Positions 28,101 through 39,850 of a DNA stretch of 64,000 bases are shown in pieces (within the stretch, counting starts at the first letter, position 1; every line of letters begins with the position of its first letter). Source of the stretch: Owenia fusiformis (lineage: Eukaryota); assembly GCA_903813345.2 (NCBI GenBank), contig CAIIXF020000001.1, positions 19,902,001 to 19,966,000 on the forward strand, given 5' to 3'. The notes under the pieces are model-generated. The model was not told the DNA's origin. It ran no database searches and was given only the letters and a program-made list of their open reading frames with translations. The position numbers and the translations under genes were made by a program.

Positions 28101-31100
28101 GCGCATAAGACCAGTAAAATCTGTTGAGATAGACCTAAATACATAACCTAAGTCACAAGAGAAATTGTCCCGACAACACCCTGATCGAAGTGCCTCAGAT
28201 CGCTACCTATTATTAGACTCCAGATTGAAAATCTGGAGTCTATTGCTTTTGCCAGTTTTCTTATTAGACTCCAGATTGAAAATCTGGAGTCTATTGCTTT
28301 TGCCAGTTTTCTTATTAGACTCCAGATGAAATCTGGAGTCTATTGTTTTCGTCAGTTTTCTTATTCTTATTATTCTTTTTATTATTATTATTCTTATTCT
28401 AACCCAGTTTTCTCAATAACCATAAGGTTTATAGTAAAGTCAGTCATTTGGTCAATTTAGGTCCAGAATCTAGTTCCTTGGAAATTGGGTCAAATTTTTA
28501 TCTAGGTCAAAGGTCAAGACCTAGGTCAAATCCAGTACTTTGTCACTTTTTTCGATTTTCTCGGTCATCCTTCAATATTTTTGATCCAGGTTTTTTTCAT
28601 TGTGTTCCTTATAAAAAAGTAGAAAACCTAGGGTCGATTTAGTTTTTTGATATCTCAAACAGATTTCGAGATATCAGTGTCCGAAAACGAGGTCCAAAAA
28701 AAAGTTCTTCGAATCAAATGTCCAGGATATTGGTCTTATAGGAAATTTTATCAGGATTCCGAATCTGAAAACCAAATTTGAATCAGACTTCCGGTTCGGA
28801 AGTTATGGCGTTTTGAAAGCTCAAAAATCGCTAAATCTGGTGCCCATGTTAAGTCAATGGGGAAAAAGATTTTTTTGAAGTGAAAAATACGAAATATAGA
28901 CTGAGTTCAGCTAAATATAATGAAAGCCTATGAAAGAAGGGAACCTCGAAGGCTACCTAACTTCAAAATTTGGACACAAAAATCCCTAGGTCAAAATCTA
29001 GGTCAAATTCATAGTTTATCTTTATTTTTGCGATTCTGACACTACACTTTAATTATATTCCTCGAAATTTTGTATGCATGTAGCCAAGATTGTGCTTATA
29101 GTGTTAAACTTTTGCCGTCAGAAAGTATTTTGCCCCACTTTTGAGATATGGTGTCCGAAAAGTAGGTCAAAATATAAAGTTCTCCAAATTTAACATTTGA
29201 GTTATGAATTAAGTATAGAATTTTCTCAGGAATCCGAATCTGCAAACCAAATTTCGATCCGACTTCCGGTTCGGAAGTTATTACATTTTGAAAGCTCAAA
29301 AATCGCTAAATTTAGTGCCCCATGTTATGTCAATGGGAACAAAAAATTTTTTGAAGTGTAAAATACGAGATATAGACTAAGTACAGCTTAAAATAATGAA
29401 AGCCTATGAAAGAAGGGAACCTCGAAGGCTACCTAACTTCAAAATTTGGACACAAAAATCCCTAGGTCAAAATCTAGGTCAAATTCATAGTTTATCCTTA
29501 TTTTTGCGATTCTGACACTACACTTCAATTATATTCCTGGAAATTGTGTATACATGTAGCCAAGAGTGTGCTAATAGCGTTAGCCTTTTGCCGTCAGAAA
29601 GTATTTTGACCCACTTTTGAGATATGGTGTCTGAAAAGTAGGTCAAAATAAAAAGTTCTCCAAATTTAACGTTTGAGTTATGAATTAAGAGTAGAATTTT
29701 CTCAGAAATTCGAATCTGCAAACCAAATGTCATTCTGACTTCCGGTTCCGAAGTAATAGCGTGTCCGAAAAGTAGGTCAAAATAAAAATTCGCCAAATTT
29801 AACGTGTGAGTTATGAATTAGGGGAAAATTTTTGTCAGGAATCTGAATCTACAAATCAAATTTCGATCCGACTTCCGGTTCGGAAGTTATGGCGTTTTGA
29901 AATTTCAAGAAAAATCGATCTGATGGTATCCTGATAGAAAGTCAAGAGTAGAGAAGAAAATATTGAAAAATGCATCCATCCTTCCTTTCTGATCCTATCC
30001 TATCCTTCCTATCTACCCTTGCTTCGTTTCCTCTCCTTCCTATTCTATCCCTTCTTCCTATTCTATTCTATCCTTCTTTCCTATTCTATCCTATCGTTCC
30101 TTCCTATTCTATCCTATCCTTCCTTCCTTTTTCATCCATCCATCCATCCATCCATCCTTCTTTTTCTTGATGACTTAGTTCATTTTGGATGACTTGGCTT
30201 ATTCTGGATGACTCGGCTAAAAAAAGTCTAGATCTGGAGTCTGAAATTGAACTCGTTCAATTTCCAAAATCTAGTTATTATTATTATTAGACTCCAGATT
30301 GAAAATCTGGAGTCTATTGCTTTTGCCGGTTTTCTTATTATTATTATTCTTTCTCTCTTGTCACGTTTTCTCGGTAACTAGAAGGACTTACTTAAATCTG
30401 CTAACACAGTCAACTAGGTAATGAGGCCTAGTTTCTGGGAAATTAGGTCAACTTTTTATCTAGGTCAAAGGTCAAGAACTAGGTCAAATCGTGGTTTTTC
30501 ACTATTTTACAAGTTTTCTCAGTCGTCCTTCGGTATTTTCACTCCGGGTTTTTTTCATCATGTTCCTTAGAAAAAGCTTATTACGAATGGTAAACCGTTT
30601 TTTGATTACTCTTACCGATTTTGAAATATGGTGTCCGAAAAGTAGGTCAGAACATAAAAAGTTCTCCAAATTCAACGTGTGAATCATCATATAAGTGTAG
30701 AATTATCTCAGGAATCCGAATCTGCAAACAAAATTTCGATTCGACTTCCGGTTCGGAAGTTATTGCGTTTTGAAATCTCAAAAATCGCTAAATTTGGTGC
30801 CCATGTTAAGCCAATGGGAAAAAAGACTTTTTCGAAGTGTAAAATACAAGATATAGACTGAGTACAGCTTAACATAATGAATGCCTAGAAAAGAAGGGGA
30901 CCTCAAAAGCTACATAGCTTCAAAATTTGGACACCAAAATGCCTAGGTCAAAATCTAGGTCAAATTCATAGTTTTTCCTCATTTTTACGATTCTGACACT
31001 ACACTTTAATAATTTGCTTCAAAATTTTGTAAACAGGTAGCAAAGAGTGTGCTAATAGTGTTAGCCTTTTGCCGTCAGAAAGTATTTTGACCCACTTTTG

Positions 31101-34100
31101 AGATATGGTGTCCGAAATGTAGGTCAAAATAAAAAGTTCTCCAAATTTAACATATGAGCTATGAAATAAGAGTAGAATTTTCTCAGGAATCTGAATCTGC
31201 AAACTAAATTTCGATCTGACTGCCGGTTCGGAAGTTAAAGTGTTTTGAAATCTCAAAAATCGCTCAATTTGGTGCACCATGTTAAGTCAATGGGAAAAAA
31301 GACTTTTTTGAAGTGTAAAATACAAGATATAGACTGGGTAAAGCTCAACATAATGAACTATTATTAAAGAAGGGGACCTCAAAAGCTACATAGCTTCAAA
31401 ATTTGGACACCAAAATGCCTAGGTCAAAATCTAGGTCAAATTCATAGTTTTTCCTTATTTTTACGATTCTGACACTACACTTTAATAATTTGCTTCAAAA
31501 TTTTGTATACAGGTAGCAAAGAGTGTGCTAATAGTGTTAGCCTTTTGCCGTCAGAAAGTATTTTGACCCACTTTTGAGATATTTGTGTCCGAAAAGTAGG
31601 TCAAAGTAAAAAGTTCTCCATATTTAACGTATGAGTTATGAATTAAAAGTAGAAATGTCTCAGGAATCCAAATCTTTAAACCATATTTTGATCCACCTTC
31701 TGATTAGATAGTTATAGCAGTTTGAAGTCTCGGAAAGTCTATATGATGATATCCCCATGTTAAGCCAATGGAGTCGAAGATAACATTCTTAAAAGTTGTC
31801 TAAATGTCTATATTCTAGCTGACTCAGCTTATTCTGAATGACTCAGCTTACAATTGGATGACTCAGCTTGAAAAAAGGTTTAAATCTGGAGTCTTAAATT
31901 GAACTTGTTCAATTTACATGTCTAGTTATTATTATTCTTTCTTTCCGCGTTTTCTCAGCAACTAGAGGGACTTACTTAAATCTGCTAACATAGTCAACTA
32001 GGTAATGAGTTCTAGTTTCTGGGAAATTAGGTCAAATGTTTATCTAGGTCAAAGGTCAAGAACTGGGTCAAATCGTCACTTTTCGCTATTTTACAAGTTT
32101 TCTCAGTCGCCCTTGGGTATTTTTGCTCCGGGTTTTTTTCATCATGTTCCTTAGAAAAAAAGCTAATTCCGTAAGGCAAATCGTTTTTTGATTACTCTTA
32201 CCGATTTTGAGATATGGCGTCCGAAAAGTAGGTCAGAACATAAAAAGTTCTCCAAATTCAACGTGTGAATTATTAAATAAGTGTAGAATTATCTCAGGAA
32301 TCCGAATCTGCAAACAAAATTTCGATCCGACTTCCGGTTCGGAAGTTATAGCGTTTTGAAATCTCAAAAATCGCTAAATTTGGTGCCCATGTTAAGTCAA
32401 TGGGAAAAAAGGCTTTTTCGAAGTGTAAAATACAAGATATAGACTGAGTTCAGCTTAACATATTGAATGCCTATAAAAGAAGGGGACCTCAAAATTCATA
32501 GTTTTTCCTTATTTTTGCGATTCTGGCACTACACTTTTAGGATTTGCTTCAAACTTTTGTATACAGGTAGCAAAGAGTGTGCTAATAGTGAGAGCCTTTT
32601 GCCGTCAGAAAGTATTTTGACCCACTTTTGAGATATGGTGTCCGTAAAGTAGGTCAAAATAAAAATTTCTCATAATTTAACTTATGAGTTATGAATTAAG
32701 GGTAGAATTTTCTCAGGAATCCGAATCTGCAAACCAAATTTCAATCCGACTTTTCGTTGGGAAGTTATGGCGTTTTGAAAGCTCAAAAATCGCTAATTTT
32801 GGTGCCCCATGTTATGTCAATGAGAAAAAAGATTTTTTTGAAGTGTAAAATACCAGATAAAGACTGAGTACAGCTTAAGATTCTGAAAGTCTATAAAAGA
32901 AGGGGACCTCGAAGGCTATCTAGCTTTAAAATTTGGACACCAAAATCCCTAGGTCAAAATCTAGGTCAAATACATAGTTTTTCCTTATTTTTGCGATTCT
33001 GGCACTACACTTTTAGGATTTGCTTCAAAATTTTGTATACAGGTAGCAAAGAGTGGGCTTATAGTGTTAGCCTTTTGCCGTCAGAGAGTATTTTGACTCA
33101 CTTTTGAGATATGGTGTCCGAAAAGTAGGTCAAAATAAAAAATTCTCCAAATTTTACATATGAGTTATGAATTAAGAGTAGAATTTTCTCAGGAATCCGA
33201 ATCTGCAAACCAAATTTCGATCCGACTTCCGGTTCCAAAGTTATGGCGTGTCCGAAAAGTAGGTCAAAATAAAAATTCGCCAAATTTAACGTATGAGTTA
33301 TGAATAAGGAGTAGAATTTTGTCAGGAATCCGAATCTTTAAATCAAATTTCGATCCGACTTCCGGTTTGAAAGTTATGGCGTTTTGAAATTTCGAGAAAA
33401 ATCGATCTGATGTTATCCTGATAGAAAGTCAAGGAAAAAAGATTTTTTTGAAGTGTAAAATACGAGATATAGATTGAGTACAGCTTAAGATAATGAATTC
33501 CTATAAAAGAAGGGGACCTCAAAAGCTACCTAGTTTCAATATTTGGACACCAAAATGCCTAGGTCAAAATCTAGGTCAAATTCATAGTTTTTCCTTATTT
33601 TTGCGATTCTGGCACTACACTTTTAGGATTTGCTTCAAAATTTTGTATACAGGTAGCCAAAAGTGTGCTAATAGTGTAAGCCTTTTGCCGTCAGAAAGTA
33701 TTTTGACCCACTTTTGAGATATGGTGTCCGAAAAGTAGGTCAAACTAAAAAGTTCTCCGAATTTAACGTATGAGTTATGAATTGAGGGTAGAATTTTCTC
33801 AGGAATCCAAATCTGCAAACCAAATTTCAATCCGACTTTTGGTTTGGAATTTATGTCGTTTTGAAAGCTCAAAAATCGCTAAATTTGGTGCCCCATGTTA
33901 TGGCAATGGGAAAAAAGATTTTTTTGAAGTGTAAAATACGAGATAAAGACTGAGTACAGCTTCACATAATGAAAGCCTATCAAAGAAAGGGACCTCAAAA
34001 GCTAGCTAGCTTCACAATTTGGTCACCAAAATGCCTAGGTCAAAATCTGGTTCAAATTTATAGTTTTAACTTATTTTTGCGATTCTGACACTACACTTTA

Positions 34101-37100
34101 ATTATTTGCTTCAAAATTTTGTATACATGTAGCAAAGAGTGTGCTAATAGTGTTAGCCTTTTGCCGTCAGAAAGTATTTTGACCCACTTTTGAGATATAG
34201 TGTCCGAAAAGTAGGTCAACATGAAAGTTTCTCCAAATTTAACGTATGAGTTATGAATTACGGGTAGAATTTTCTCAGGAATCAGAATCTTTAAACCGAA
34301 TTTCGATCCAACTTCTGATTAGATAGTTATAGCGGTTTGAAGTCTCGAAAAGTGGATATGACGATATCCCCATGTTAAGCCAATGGAGTCGAAGATAACA
34401 TTCTTAAGAGTTGTCTAAATGTCTATATTCTAGCTGACTCAGCTTATTCTGAATGACTCAGCTTACAAGTATTTGGATGACTCAGCTTAAAAAAAGTATT
34501 AAATCTGGAGTCTTAAATTGAACTTGTTCAATTTACATGTCTAGTTATTATTATTATTATATCTTGGTTACCGCCATATTTGGCGAGCAATACCTCATTG
34601 GTATATTCCATATTTTTTAACTCGAAGACAGAGCCAGAAACCCCTCCTTGGAGGAGCCCTGTGTTCTTTTGTGTAAACAGGTACACAGACATACAGGTAC
34701 ACACCACGGCCTTTTATACGAGTCGTGAACCACTCAGTCAAACACCCAGAATTACATAACGCACAAACAATCTTGTCTGAACCGGGAATCATTAGTTTTT
34801 AACAGAATTCTTGTCAAAATTTATTTCTTTTTCCTATAGGTAAGATATAATAATATGTTGCTTGCCTCTGCTTCAGGAAGTCACTGCAGGCTTCTTTAAC
34901 AACTTGTAAATGAAGAAAGCTGGCCCCAACCAGTAGAGATTGCACATTAGTTGTATCGATTTGTAGTTTACCATTGTAGGCATAGTTCACCAGACATTCT
35001 AAAGCACTAAAAAGAACGGTATACTTATTTATGAATCTGAATATGCATGCATTGTTTACAGTGTTTTTTGTGCTTTTTTAATTTCAACTTTTTATCAAGC
35101 TGGGTTATTTGGGATGAGAATAACCATGGGCTTTCAACTAGAGTTGAAAGCCCATGGAATAACAGATACTAACGTTTTAAGATTATGTTAACAAATTGCA
35201 AATGTTAACCATGAAATGCAACACAAAAAGCAAATTTTAAAAAATACTTCCATTAACAAACTATATCCCATACGACTAGATATACTAAAGGCTTTGAGAT
35301 ATCATTTGTTGAAAGATATTTTAGAGATTTAGAAATGTTGCGATCCCTCAAGTCCCAGCCCATACACATACCTTGCTTCAATTCCTTGCATGGTTATCTC
35401 TTGTTGTTTTGATTCCACCATGTCATGTGTAAACATTGCATTGAAATATGGAATGCTGGCTGCAAGTACAATCCGATGAGCAGAGAATTTGTTGTCTCCA
35501 ACCTAAAACATAAGGGATGGTTTGAGACTCTTTTATTGCGTTTGTGTACTTGTACTATGTCATCATTTGTCACATAGCTCTATACATCAATAAGTTAGCA
35601 AGCTGGATTTCTAATGCAAGGTCCTGGGATCAAATCATCAATCCAAGCATTTGGCAAAAGGGGCTAGCTAAGCCGGGGAGCTAGCTAATGTTAACTTGAG
35701 ACCAGAGAAGTGATTACTAGAGTGGTGCTGACTAAAGAGCCTGGCGCTGGCAAGAACTTTCTGTGGTTTTAGCCAGGATAAAGACAGGGAACTGTTTCTG
35801 CCTTCAGATATCAAGTTAAATTATCCTACCACACATAATGTAATCACTTCGAGATTTTAGATAATTTTTGGCCTATAGGCCTAAAAGCAAAAAATTGATT
35901 TATTCGTGCATTCTATCCTTGAGAGTTTGTAGAAAAAAACGGGTACTGGGTACCAGGTAGTAAATCCTCCATGCTGGGTTCAAACTTGGTACCCGGTAGC
36001 CGGTCGAAAAAAATACCCAAAAAAACGAAAAAATATGAATATATAACATACAAGGGGCAATCCATATATTCTGATAAAAATGCTCTCATTTTGTGATTTT
36101 TTCACATATCCCTCTTATTTTTTCAGAAAATGTAAATTATGTAATTACACATACAATGCTAAAATATTATAGCTATATCTTAAATTATCAATGAGATAAG
36201 GTTGCCATGGTAACCTGTATTAAGGGTAGGCAGGTCAATTAAACTATATCATATAAATATCATAATAACTTGATATTTTAATTATTTTAAAGCATGCGGA
36301 AATCATGCATTTTTCTAAAAGAGTTTGGTATTTTTACTCTTTGTTTGTTGCTAAACAAATGTTTATATGTGCTCACTATAACATCACAACAAATCACAAT
36401 AGCATTGTAGGACAGAATGGGCCAATTGACATTACATGTTATGAGACACACCAAAAATCAAATTGTCAGATGAGGTTAATGTGGCTGATGCAGAGTGTGA
36501 CATTAACGGAAACATTAGGGAATACAATTAGATTTTATTTTCTTTAAGAATAAGTTAGAGGACACTGTCAGAGACATGCATGGACTTATTAAGTGCATGG
36601 GCAAGGTGTTATATCTGCTATATTATATATGTTATATAGCTATCCCACTGTTTAAATTATCAAACAAGGGCAACAGGGGTATGGAACAGATCAATGAATA
36701 GTTGGCAATGTCTGGAAGATGCGTTTAGTCTGCTTAAAAACCGAGGAATGATTAAATTAACATATTTATCTATTTTTGACGTTATAATTTAACCGACCTA
36801 CCTACCCTAAATACAGGTTACCATGGCAACCTTATTTCAAAATTAATTTAAGATATAGCTAAAATAGTTTAGCATCGTATGTGTAATTACATAATCTACA
36901 TATTCTGAAAAAAAGAAAGGGATATGTGAAAAAATCACAAAATGAGAGCATTTTTATCAGAATATATGGATCGCCCCTTGTATATCATTAGAAAGCCTCT
37001 GTCGTTTTTACCCAATTTTTTGACATGAATGTAACGAGTAATATTTGAAAAACATGACAAATCAATCTTACTCTATTTTCAATAGTTCGTAGGTTGGAAT

Positions 37101-38849
37101 GTGAATTGTTTTGATTATGATTTAAATCAGTAAATAGCTATCGTTACTTTAGCAGAGAGGTGACGTGTGTTAATTTACATGATGCAACGTGTAAGGTTTG
37201 TTTAGAATTTACAAAAATGTATGTAACTTCCTTCAAAATTGAGCTAGAGTAGATTTAATGGTCATGGTCTAGACTCCTAATCTTCAGGTAAATCTTATTT
37301 TTCAATTTCTACCGACGAAGTCAGGCCATGAAATTTACTCTAGAAGCTTCAAATAAAAAGCATTTTAAGGCTCTTTTCTTCCTCTATCATCATGGTCATA
37401 TTTTCATTGGTTATGGGGGGGGTGCGATTGCACCATCGCACCCCCTCCTGGCTAGGCCTATAACATTGTAAGACGTAACAATTTACACTTTTTTTTGGGT
37501 ACCCGGTTTTTTCGACCGGGTACCAAGTTTGAACCCAGCATGGAGGGTTTACTACCAGGTACTAGACTATATCCTCAAGTCTGAAATTTTTTTGAAATTT
37601 GGAATGAAAATATTCAGACTATAGCCCACATATGTTAAAATTTGGGATTGAAAATTATTTGTTTATAGTGGGGGGCATAAAGAATTACAAAACATATGGA
37701 AATTACATGTTGTCGCATATGTAATAAATTACGCAGCAATGTGGGTTGGCTCCCAGAATGCAACATGACACGTGTCAGCTTTCAAAATGCCATTCCGCCG
37801 TTTTGAAATACGTCACGAATAAATAAGGTTACTTGATGTTGCATTCTGGGAGTCAATCCTCTTTGGATCACAAACATGGCGATTCATGAAAACATTAGTC
37901 CGATTTGGTAGGGATTTATCCATCATTTGCAGGTATGAGGCTTTGGATTCATTTATTGTGCTACTTAAAGTGGATGGGAATTATTTTTCTACCACTTGGG
38001 AGAGTTTGAGACATGAAACTTAGAATTTAGCTCATTGTGACAACTTTTGAGGGTTGAGATTTATTTTTGTCCACCACTTTACATAGGAAGTGCCATTCAA
38101 AATGGCCGATTGGGTAAATTAATTTGCATATTTGTTACTTCTCCTAGCTTTTAATTGTACCTTACTACTTAATTGAATTGTTATAATGCTTATTTTTGGG
38201 AAGTAAAGTTTCCTAAAATTGATAATTGTGTGCAGGAAATTTCCTGTTTTTTCCCACAGGAGGGACATAATGATCAATAATCGGGTCAATAATAGACTGA
38301 ATTTTTTTGGGAAATTCAGTCTATTGGATATAGACTAACCAGGTACCTGGCTTTTTCTACAAATCCTATCCTTGAGATAAGAATCTCAGGAGTGTACAGG
38401 CAAATATTAGCCTATATTTTGGAAAACTGTGAGTACAGGATGGCATTAGTTTTCTGGTTTGTCAATCTAAGATCATGTCAGTTGTTGATTACAAGTTCCT
38501 AGGATCACAGATCCGGAGCCAGATCCACCCCCTATTGGTAGTAGGCTCAAAGGATAAATGTATATTTATTGAGCCTAGACACAGAGGAGGTAATCTGGCA
38601 GAGGTCCGTGCCTGGGATTAGGCTTATATTTTTTCAGCAAAAAAATTGCCTTTTCCAAAAATCACATTTATTATATTCTTTTATTTCTTAAAAACTAAAG
38701 CATCCCGAGATCGACTTATTATTTCAGAATATGAGTAATACCTTAAGAGTGACATCGCACAATTTCCCTTGTCTTCTTATATCCTCCATGATCGGAAAAG
38801 CCTGCATTGGAAGATCATTTTTGTGAAAAACAAAAATATCGTCCGCCAT
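19163..38849 (-). CDS. KLHL18: Kelch-like protein 18 (BTB-BACK-6xKelch CUL3 adaptor), 567 aa, 10 exons
   Basis: Exons (transcription order) 38849-38742, 35502-35372, 35006-34866, 23048-22850, 21985-21825, 21537-21401, 21115-20893, 20723-20622, 19955-19844, 19552-19163; total 1704 nt in frame. Peptides [55 protein letters not shown] and C-terminal [13 protein letters not shown] match KLHL18 as I recall it. Intron 3 has a GC donor. Confidence 0.95.
20193..20426. mobile_element. MITE with CAGG termini and 5-bp TSD (hAT5-like, tentative)
   Basis: ~50-bp TIR CAGGCCTCCTAAACTTCC / GGAAGTGTAGGAGGCCTG; TTACA duplicated. Confidence 0.8.
24081..24592 (+). mobile_element. Short HINE family D nested in the Academ element
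   Basis: 5' TTTTTATGTCACCAACAAAAAGTGGTGACATA palindrome, 3' subTIR GGTGGTGACAT, end CCTTGTT; second copy at 39492-39850 (-). Confidence 0.75.
24638..24798. mobile_element. Degenerate pogo-like MITE fragment
   Basis: TA|CAGTGGGACCTG with repeated GTGAACACC motifs; weak right end GTTCACTGTACACAGGTTTTACTT. Confidence 0.45.
24880..27385 (+). pseudogene. Decayed Academ transposase C-terminal region (XPG/FEN1-like nuclease domain)
   Basis: Fragments with stops and frameshifts: [107 protein letters not shown]...PSPVSHGW; interrupted at 26009-26747. Confidence 0.8.
26009..26747. mobile_element. Kolobok-like non-autonomous element inserted in the Academ ORF
   Basis: TTAA|AGGTGCAACAA ... TTGTTGCCCCT|TTAA; Academ protein similarity resumes on both sides. 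Confidence 0.75.
28210..34546 (+). mobile_element. Stack of HINE family C elements (4 heads, 3 bodies/tails) with ~480-bp internal tandem repeats
   Basis: Heads TTATTAGACTCCAGATTGAAAATCTGGAGTCTA at 28210, 28261, 28312, 30284; tails ATCTGGAGTCT + hairpin AAATTGAAC..GTTCAATTT + CTAGTT ending 30276, 31927, 34546; (TTA)n microsatellites at junctions. Confidence 0.88.
34547..34795 (-). mobile_element. SINE 3' portion, same family as 12373-12595, with (TAA)n tail
   Basis: Reverse-complement similarity to 12373-12595 (GGGTGTTTGACTGAGTGG, AAAAGAACACAGGGCTCCT, GAGGTATTGCTC). Confidence 0.65.
35125..35156. mobile_element. 32-bp hairpin micro-element with 7-bp TSD, copy 1
   Basis: GAATAAC|CATGGGCTTTCAACT-AG-AGTTGAAAGCCCATG|GAATAAC. 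Confidence 0.7.
36051..36980. mobile_element. Tc1/mariner-like MITE with ~190-bp TIRs nested in the MULE
   Basis: TA|CAAGGGGCAATCCATATATTCTGATAAAAATGCTCTC ... GAGAGCATTTTTATCAGAATATATGGATCGCCCCTTG|TA. Confidence 0.85.
37563..38337. mobile_element. Short-TIR element with TAG..CTA ends and 9-bp TSD (AcademH-like non-autonomous)
   Basis: ACCAGGTAC|TAGACTATATCC ... GGATATAGACTA|ACCAGGTAC. Confidence 0.75.
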
Positions 38850-39491
38850 GTTGGATTTTGGGCTCATATGGACAACCACAATTTATGGAAGATGGAAAAC
38901 GAAATCAATAGCATTATTAGAATATGGAGTATTTATATGTTTATATACATTACTGTAAAAATCTTTCGTCTCACTCCAGTACAACCCACCCCACAAATAA
39001 GAGTCTGATGGAGAAGTAGATAGGAGGGGGGGGGTTCCAGAGACTTGAAGCAAGACAGGAGTTTGATTCTTGCCCTTATCAGTTTCATACCTAACAGTTG
39101 TTACAGTTCTGACATTATTTAGGATAATCCTTTAATTTTAAGGGTATCTGGTTAAAAAATACTGGGAAAAGTTTTAGGAGGACTAGGTACCTAGCAAATG
39201 ACTAAAAGAATTGAGGGTGATTTTATGCATAATTTTTGTATGCAAGACCTTGCATTTGAACTTGAGCTGACATTCTCATTCAAAGTCTCATTCAAGAATT
39301 TTGTGTTTAAAATCATCCACAAATGATTGAGCCCTAATCTTAAATCCTTTAGCAAATTTTGTAAATCTTTATATTTCTTACTGGTATGTCAACTAATTAT
39401 AAACCACAAAATGACACATGATGCCTTAATTGAATTCAGCAATTTTTGTAAATTAGAATGTCCATAAATAGAACAGCTAGCTAAGAAATAA

Positions 39492-39850
39492 AACTACTCA
39501 TTCACATAACAAATTGTCACCATCTAGTTGCTCACAATATAATGAGTTCAATCTTAGATTTGAGCTTCAACTTGTATATAATTTTGAAGAAAAATTGGAC
39601 CTTTTTGACCTTGAGAAGGTCATTGAAAGTAAAGTGTTAATTCTAAAAATCAAATTTAAAATTGTGAGAACCTGTAGATGGTTTTGAAGCAAGTTGTTTT
39701 GACCGAAGAGGGCCAAATCTAAAGATTTTGAAGTCAGTCAGGTATTTGTTAAGTTATTGGGGGTTGTTAGAATTTGTTACAGACGCCAACCACAATCAAG
39801 AAAATGGAGACCATAATAATATGTCACCACTTTTGGTAGTGACATAATAA
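39492..39850 (-). mobile_element. HINE family D, second (diverged) copy
   Basis: Reverse complement gives TTATTATGTCACTACCAAAAGTGGTGACATATT head and CAACTAGATGGTGACA 3' subTIR as in 24081-24592. Confidence 0.7.

Larger units (their letters stand above)
23230..28209 (+). mobile_element. AcademX-type DNA transposon, internally deleted, in KLHL18 intron 3
   Basis: ~540-bp near-perfect TIRs (23230-~23770, ~27668-28209) with TAG...CTA ends, 3-bp TSD TTA, and internal remnants of an XPG-like nuclease-bearing protein. Confidence 0.85.
35923..38366. mobile_element. Mutator/MULE-like non-autonomous element in KLHL18 intron 1, host to two nested elements
   Basis: 9-bp TSD TATCCTTGA (35914-22, 38367-75); ~100-bp TIRs starting with G (GAGTTTGTAGAAAAA / TTTTTCTACAAATCC); right TIR split by an insertion. 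Confidence 0.8.

Noticed and set aside
29096-33872. Recurrent ORFs ([13 protein letters not shown]...)
   Set aside because: Chance frames in HINE internal repeats; no Rep/helicase or other motifs.
34821-34846. Pyrimidine tract + AG|GTAAG resembling a recursive splice site
   Set aside because: On the + strand, antisense to KLHL18, with no known + transcript here; likely chance.
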